In this document: positions 59,738 through 64,000 of the stretch, in pieces
How positions within the stretch are numbered: the stretch's first letter is position 1
Layout of the letters: the number at the start of each line of letters is the position of its first letter
Assembly: GCA_035550515.1 (NCBI GenBank)
Contig: DASZOZ010000135.1
Coordinates: forward strand, 9,355 to 73,354
DNA from: Stellaceae bacterium
GTDB lineage: Bacteria > Pseudomonadota > Alphaproteobacteria > ATCC43930 > CGMCC-115725
Direction of reading: 5' to 3'
DNA length: 64,000 nucleotides
Notes under the pieces: model-generated
Told to the model about the DNA's origin: nothing
What the model saw: only the letters and a program-made list of their open reading frames with translations
Database searches by the model: none
Position numbers and translations under genes: made by a program

Positions 59738-61057
59738 GTGAAGCTTGCGACGGTCGTTGCGCTGATCGTGAGCCTGCTGACGGTCTCGGCCCTTGCCGAT
59801 GGCGGCGATACCGCGAAAACCGCCGGCGATCTCGTCAAGAAGGGCCAATACGGCCAGGCCCAGCTCCTGTACCAGCGACTGATCGATGCCGCCGGCCGGG
59901 ATGCGGACCGGGGGCCGGTTCTGATTGCACGGGCCGACGCCTATTTCGCCGCCGGCGAATACGGCAAAGCCCAAGCCGCCTTGGCCGCCGCTCGCGCGTT
60001 GCCGCTCGGCGCGGAATTGACAAAACGCGCCGACGTGCTTTCCGACAAGATCGCCGACAAGCTCTCCTGGCAGCGTTTCGAAGCCTCGGCGACGATGAGC
60101 CTGGTGCACGATACGCATGTCCGCCACCGCGTGCGGGTCGTCTCCAGCGCCAATGGCACCGAGATCATCGAGATTTGCGACGACGAACCGAGCTTTGACG
60201 ATTTCGACGACGGCCCGAGCGTCATCACCAGCGAAAATTGCTATTACGAGGAGGTCACCGGCGACAGCAAGGCGTCGACGCAAAATATCAACATCGCCGA
60301 CTGGCAATTCCAAACCGCGAGCAAGGTCGAGCATCAGTTTCCGCTCGACAGCCGCGGCAGCTACTGGCGAACCGTCGCGGAGCTGACGCAAAGCTGGCAG
60401 GTTATCGCCGCCGACCAGGACAACCGGGTGATCCGGGCACGGACCGGCCCCAGCTGGTTCGAGCCCGATTGGCAGGCCCGCTTCGACCTTAATCTCGGCT
60501 ACCTGACCGGCCGGCAAAACCACGTGACAAACCTGCAATACCTCGCGCCGATGGCTGCCTGGGAATGGCGGCCCATGCCGAACCTGAGGCTGAACTCGAA
60601 TTATCAATACGAGTCGCGCCGCGCGTTCCCGAGCCAGCAGAACGGCCACGCGAACCTAGTCGATACGCAATTGCGCTGGGACATGACACCCGTCGACACG
60701 GTCGTCGGCCGCACCCTGCTGCGCGAGCAGGTCGCGCAGTTCGCCTACAATTCCTATCGCAGTGAGGAACTGCGCGCGGGATATCGCCGCGGGTTCAAGT
60801 GGTGGTTTGGGCTCGGCGGCGGCTTCGCCGAGGCGGAATTGCGGGCGCGCTTCTCCCAGTTCTATGGCGCGGCGCCGAGCGATAGCGGCCTCACCCGCCG
60901 GGATGTCATCCCGACCGGGCTGCTCGTCCTCGGGCAGGAATTCGGCAAGGCCTGGACGGTAAAAATTTCGTGCTCCTACAATGAGGTCGATTCCTCGGTG
61001 GTCCGTTATAACCGCGACGATTTCCAGTACTACCTGGCCGTGACGCGCAAGTTTTGA
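59738..61057 (+). CDS. Outer-membrane beta-barrel protein with an N-terminal TPR-like region (Slam/DUF560-like)
   Basis: Signal peptide MKLATVVALIVSLLTVSALA, a helical Ala-rich ~100 aa, an acidic linker, then alternating beta-strand-like sequence ending in the aromatic terminus YYLAVTRKF. Family assignment is tentative. Confidence 0.5.
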   Translation: MKLATVVALIVSLLTVSALADGGDTAKTAGDLVKKGQYGQAQLLYQRLIDAAGRDADRGPVLIARADAYFAAGEYGKAQAALAAARALPLGAELTKRADVLSDKIADKLSWQRFEASATMSLVHDTHVRHRVRVVSSANGTEIIEICDDEPSFDDFDDGPSVITSENCYYEEVTGDSKASTQNINIADWQFQTASKVEHQFPLDSRGSYWRTVAELTQSWQVIAADQDNRVIRARTGPSWFEPDWQARFDLNLGYLTGRQNHVTNLQYLAPMAAWEWRPMPNLRLNSNYQYESRRAFPSQQNGHANLVDTQLRWDMTPVDTVVGRTLLREQVAQFAYNSYRSEELRAGYRRGFKWWFGLGGGFAEAELRARFSQFYGAAPSDSGLTRRDVIPTGLLVLGQEFGKAWTVKISCSYNEVDSSVVRYNRDDFQYYLAVTRKF

Positions 61058-61132
61058 GCGCCGGCGACGCTTGGCGGACCGATGCCATTGCACCGCGGCG
61101 CGGTTGGGCCTATATCAGCGGCCCGGTCGTGG

Positions 61133-61209
61133 CGGAGTGTAGCTCAGCCTGGTAGAGCACTGCTTTCGGGAGGCAGGGGCCGGAGGTTCAAATCCTCTCA
61201 CTCCGACCA
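61133..61209 (+). tRNA. tRNA-Pro (anticodon CGG), CCA encoded
   Basis: Folded by hand: acceptor CGGAGTG/CACTCCG, D arm GCTC-AGCCTGGTA-GAGC, anticodon arm CTGCT-TTCGGGA-GGCAG, T arm GGAGG-TTCAAAT-CCTCT, discriminator A plus CCA. 77 nt. Confidence 0.9.
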
Positions 61210-61230
61210 TTTCACCCATGGCCAAACGGC

Positions 61231-61264
61231 AAACGCCCCCGCGGTTCCGGGGGCGTTTGCGTTT
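61231..61264 (+). terminator. Rho-independent terminator after tRNA-Pro
   Basis: The stem aaacgccccc (61231..61240) pairs with gggggcgttt (61249..61258). It is followed by gcgttt. Confidence 0.6.
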
Positions 61265-61321
61265 CCAGGACGAGATAGTGCCCTCTCCCGCAATGCGGGA
61301 GAGGGCGCCTTGCGGACGGCG

Positions 61322-62137
61322 CTATTCCCAGAACGCCATCACGATCTTGTTGTCGGCATCGAGGATCAGGTTGATGCGGTTGGGGTTGTGCACCTGCCCC
61401 TTGACCCCGTGCGTCGGACCGATCGGCCGGAAATCGGGCGGGAGGTCGCCGCCGTAGATAATCCCGGGGCCGGCCTGGCCTTGGCCCTTATCGACAAATT
61501 TCTTGCCGACGCATTCCTTGCAGTCGTTGGTCTTGATCTGCGCCTGCGTGCTGCCGTTCATGCCTTTCAACTCGAGCGCGTTGCCGAAGGCGCGGATGCG
61601 CACCCCCTTGAACGGATGGCCCGCTTCGAGGGTGAAGTCCGCGGCGATCGGCTGGAAGCCCTCGGCCTTTTGCGATTGCTCCGGGCTGGTGGCGATGAAT
61701 TGCAGATCGAGGACGTCATCGGCCGGCTTGCCGTAGAAGAACGGGATGAGCTGCGGGTTGCTCCATCCCGCGGAGCTGACCAGCCCCGTGACGCGAACGA
61801 TGTCGACCTTCGGCTCGAGCGTCGCATGCAGGATCTCGATGCCGGTCACGTAGAGGACCGGCACGTCGAGCGGCCGGTTGCCCCCGGACGGGCCGGCGGC
61901 ATTGTCGTCCTGGCCCGCCTGTTGATAACCGAGCGATCCGCCGCCGCCCGCTGGCGCCGCCGACTGCTGCTGCGCGTAGGCAGTGCCGGTAAAGCTCATG
62001 CCCCCGGCGCCGCCGGCGCCGCCGGAGCCGAACAGGGAAGCGGGGCTGCCGCCGGCCTGTGCAAAGGCACCGCTCGACAAGCCCATCACCAGCGCCAGCA
62101 CACCCACCATGCGCAGTTTGGAATAATTCATGGTCAT
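61322..62137 (-). CDS. Secreted hypothetical protein with a Gly-rich N-terminal linker, last gene of the putative RiPP operon
   Basis: Signal peptide MTMNYSKLRMVGVLALVMGLSSGAFA-Q, a low-complexity Gly/Ala/Gln region, then a ~190-aa globular part. It lies 49 nt downstream of the rSAM gene on the same strand. A 12-bp-stem hairpin (61280..61306) follows the stop. Confidence 0.55.
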   Translation of the reverse strand: MTMNYSKLRMVGVLALVMGLSSGAFAQAGGSPASLFGSGGAGGAGGMSFTGTAYAQQQSAAPAGGGGSLGYQQAGQDDNAAGPSGGNRPLDVPVLYVTGIEILHATLEPKVDIVRVTGLVSSAGWSNPQLIPFFYGKPADDVLDLQFIATSPEQSQKAEGFQPIAADFTLEAGHPFKGVRIRAFGNALELKGMNGSTQAQIKTNDCKECVGKKFVDKGQGQAGPGIIYGGDLPPDFRPIGPTHGVKGQVHNPNRINLILDADNKIVMAFWE

Positions 62138-62186
62138 CCCCATTCTTGAAGTGAATGTCCGTTTCCCGCAGCCGACGCCGTCTCCG

Positions 62187-63344
62187 TCATATCGCCGCCA
62201 TCGTCCGGGCTTCGGCGGCATCGGCCGCCCGTTCCAAGCGGTCGAGCACGAGGTCGGTCGCGCGCATCTTGGTCATCCGGCAATAGGTCGTTTCGGCGGT
62301 CGCGAAGCTGCCGTTCTCGAACAGCTTGTTGACCGGCTCGCCGCCGCCGCAGACGCTGAAATACTCGCAGCTCTCCCGGCATTGCGCGACGCCGGCGTCG
62401 ATGTCGGCCTGCATGCGCTTGAGCAAGGGCCGCTCGGCGAGATCGACCAGCCTGTCGCGGTTGATGTTGCCGAGCACGAAATCGTCATAGACGGCGCTCT
62501 TCAGCCCCAGCAATTCGGGTGAGAACGTGGCGATATTGCCGGTCCAATCCATGCTGGTGATCGCGAACGGCGTCGTCAGTTGGTTGGCGAAGCCGGCTTC
62601 GCGCGGACGGAAAATATTGCGCTGTGCATCGTCGATCTCGCGAATAAACCGGATCCGCTCGGGATGCGCCGCCGACAGGCGCCAGAACTCGCTGAGAAAC
62701 CGGTAATAGGCCTCCTCGATCCCGGCTTGGGCGAAGCTTTCCGAGCGATGCTCGCCCTCGCTCTCCTCGACGTTGAAGCAGACGTGGTCGATGCCCTCGG
62801 CGAGGTAGAAATCGAGCATCTCGTGCGGCGCGGCCAGGCTTTCGGCGGTCAGCACCGAGATCACGTGAAACGGCACGCCGTGCGCCCTCAGCCGGCGGAT
62901 GCCGGCGACGGCCTTGTCGAACGTGCCCCGCCCCGAGCGGGTCACCCGGTTGCGGTCATGCAAATGCGCCGGGCCGTCGATGCTGACCCCGACCGCAACC
63001 CCGGCCTCGGCGATAAACGCGCACCAGGCGTCATCGACCAAGGTGCCGTTGGTCTGGAACGAATGCCTGACCGGAAGCCCGGCCGGGCGCAGTTCCTCGA
63101 TCATCGCGAAGACATCGCGGTAGAACGCGATCGGCAGCACCATCGGCTCGCCGGCGTGCCAGACGACGCTCAGCTCCTCCGCGCACCAGCCCGAGGCGAA
63201 CACCTGGCTGAACAGGTTGACGAGCGTCTCGCGCGCGACGACCGCCTTGTTGGTGCGGTCGGGCAGATAGCAGTAGCGGCAATCGATGTTGCAGAACGGC
63301 GTCGGCTGGACGATCAGCAACTGGATCCGGGGCATGTCTTGCAC
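62187..63344 (-). CDS. Radical SAM/SPASM peptide maturase (GrrM/OscB-like, related to anaerobic sulfatase maturases)
   Basis: The rSAM cluster CNIDCRYC (CX3CX2C) sits at residues ~18-25. The C-terminal auxiliary-cluster Cys motif is CRESCEYFSVCGGG...TTYC. It lies 35 nt downstream of a repeat-rich precursor ORF. The start is GTG 63344 or ATG 63335. Confidence 0.85.
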   Translation of the reverse strand: MQDMPRIQLLIVQPTPFCNIDCRYCYLPDRTNKAVVARETLVNLFSQVFASGWCAEELSVVWHAGEPMVLPIAFYRDVFAMIEELRPAGLPVRHSFQTNGTLVDDAWCAFIAEAGVAVGVSIDGPAHLHDRNRVTRSGRGTFDKAVAGIRRLRAHGVPFHVISVLTAESLAAPHEMLDFYLAEGIDHVCFNVEESEGEHRSESFAQAGIEEAYYRFLSEFWRLSAAHPERIRFIREIDDAQRNIFRPREAGFANQLTTPFAITSMDWTGNIATFSPELLGLKSAVYDDFVLGNINRDRLVDLAERPLLKRMQADIDAGVAQCRESCEYFSVCGGGEPVNKLFENGSFATAETTYCRMTKMRATDLVLDRLERAADAAEARTMAAI

Positions 63345-63379
63345 CGCAGAGCCGCCCGTCGTCCGCCGCCGTGGCCGCG

Positions 63380-63709
63380 TTACCAGTTACGCCACCAGTT
63401 GTTCCAGTTCCGCCAGTTGTGCCAGTTGTTCCAGTTGGGCCAGCCCCAGCCGTAGCCCCAATTGCCCCAGGCCAGCCGGCCGGCGGATTTGGCAGCCTCG
63501 GTCTTGAGCTGGTCGAGCGCGCTGACCGCGTCGCGGACCGCGGCGAGCCGCTCCGAAATCTTCGCCTTCTCGGCCGCCGAAGGCTGATCTCCGGCCGGCG
63601 GCTCGTTGGCCGCCGCGGGAGAAGCTGCGCCAAGCGCCAACGATACCCCCACGGCTCCGGCGGGGGCCAATTGGGTCAGGATGGTCTGGTATTTCAGCCG
63701 CAGCGACAA
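63380..63709 (-). CDS. RiPP precursor peptide: signal peptide + helical leader + Trp/Asn-periodic core (GrrA/OscA-like)
   Basis: It ends ...GRLAWGNWGYGWGWPNWNNWHNWRNWNNWWRNW-stop. The best start is TTG 63709, 5 nt after AAGGAGG, which gives MSLRLKYQTILTQLAPAGAVGVSLALGAASPAAA-NE (Sec-type signal). In-frame ATGs at 63724 and 63754 lack an SD. Confidence 0.75.
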   Translation of the reverse strand: MSLRLKYQTILTQLAPAGAVGVSLALGAASPAAANEPPAGDQPSAAEKAKISERLAAVRDAVSALDQLKTEAAKSAGRLAWGNWGYGWGWPNWNNWHNWRNWNNWWRNW

Positions 63710-63842
63710 TGTTTCCTCCTTCATCGGCGACCGGTGGATCGATTGCCCCGGCATGGCGCCGGGACGATATGGCTAAGGAGCGTGCCCGTCCGAACGCCGG
63801 GCGTTGGTGATACGTTGCGGAAGGACCAACGGTTTCACGCGC

Positions 63843-63871
63843 TCTATAGTCCGGGGAAAAACCTGCGTCAA
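63843..63871 (-). promoter_or_regulatory. Putative sigma70 promoter of the precursor-rSAM operon
   Basis: On the minus strand: TTGACG (63871..63866), 17 nt, TATAGA (63848..63843). This is about 125 nt upstream of the precursor start. Confidence 0.4.
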
Positions 63872-64000
63872 TTTGGCTGCTGCCGTCCGGCCGGCGCCGG
63901 CGGCTTCGCCCAGGGCGGCGCCAGCGCCGCGATCCGGGCGTAGACGGGGCAGGTCGGGTCGTGCGCGCCGTCGAGATAGCCGAGGCTCATCAAAAACTCG
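63868..64000 (-). CDS. 3' end of an unidentified gene entering from beyond the window
   Basis: My translation gives ...EFLMSLGYLDGAHDPTCPVYARIAALAPPWAKPPAPAGRQQPN-TGA (stop at 63868..63870). Only 43 codons are visible and the function is unknown. Confidence 0.3.
   Translation of the reverse strand, partial: EFLMSLGYLDGAHDPTCPVYARIAALAPPWAKPPAPAGRQQPN

Noticed and set aside
58619-60649. 676-aa minus-strand ORF
   Set aside because: It is antisense to ispB (both DDxxD motifs present) and to the outer-membrane protein gene. No domains are recognisable.
63371-63943. 190-aa plus-strand ORF beginning MAALPVTPPVVPVPPVVPVVPVGPAP
   Set aside because: It is the antisense reading of the W/N-repeat core (ccagtt units give Pro-Val repeats). 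The minus-strand frame has an SD, a signal peptide and an rSAM partner, so the plus-strand ORF is a mirror artefact.
61210-64000. Genomic island integrated at tRNA-Pro
   Set aside because: No integrase or recombinase and no direct repeat of the tRNA 3' end are visible, and no clear compositional break is visible by eye. It cannot be supported from this window alone and is kept only as a possibility in the findings.

Overview
The window is a strongly GC-rich chromosomal segment. Gene content and repeat families look alphaproteobacterial, probably Hyphomicrobiales/Bradyrhizobiaceae-like; that assignment is inference. Almost all of it is coding, and many adjacent genes are joined by 4-nt ATGA/GTGA stop/start overlaps.

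Gene order, left to right:
- VapBC toxin-antitoxin pair, cut by the window edge.
- Molybdenum-hydroxylase maturation set: MoxR/CoxD-like ATPase, CoxE-like vWA protein, split XdhC, and a MoeA-like/MocA-like fusion.
- GST and small membrane proteins.
- Putative sigma54-driven nitrite-assimilation operon: NirA, an FMN-less flavoprotein, and an FNT channel.
- aroQ-accB-accC-aat.
- DUF2155, MlaD and an NDUFA12-like protein.
- Class II ribonucleotide reductase nrdJ.
- MazEF-like toxin-antitoxin pair.
- Complete coenzyme F420 module: LLM oxidoreductase, fgd, cofE, cofD, cofC, fbiC.
- FAD and LLM oxidoreductases.
- Kps-type capsule export genes, including a TPR-KpsM fusion.
- Catabolic block: TPP enzyme, SDR, STAS protein, VOC dioxygenase, class II aldolase, AcuI, thiolase.
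- pyrC.
- Four glycosyltransferases.
- ygfZ, ppdK, glyQS.
- A secreted PAAR-like protein.
- S49 peptidase, an N6-methyltransferase, ispB.
- A Slam/DUF560-like outer-membrane barrel.
- tRNA-Pro(CGG).

The most interesting locus is at the right edge (61322..63871, minus strand). A predicted promoter drives a signal-peptide-bearing precursor whose last 30 residues contain 11 Trp and 9 Asn, arranged as seven W-x-N triplets. It is followed by a radical SAM/SPASM maturase and a secreted protein of unknown function. This fits a GrrA/GrrM (OscA/OscB)-type three-residue-cyclophane RiPP system, but the core is unusually Trp/Asn-periodic.

Several dispersed palindromic repeat families (REP/MITE-like) fill the intergenic gaps and create false N-terminal ORF extensions. 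I saw no rRNA, CRISPR array, transposase or integrase.
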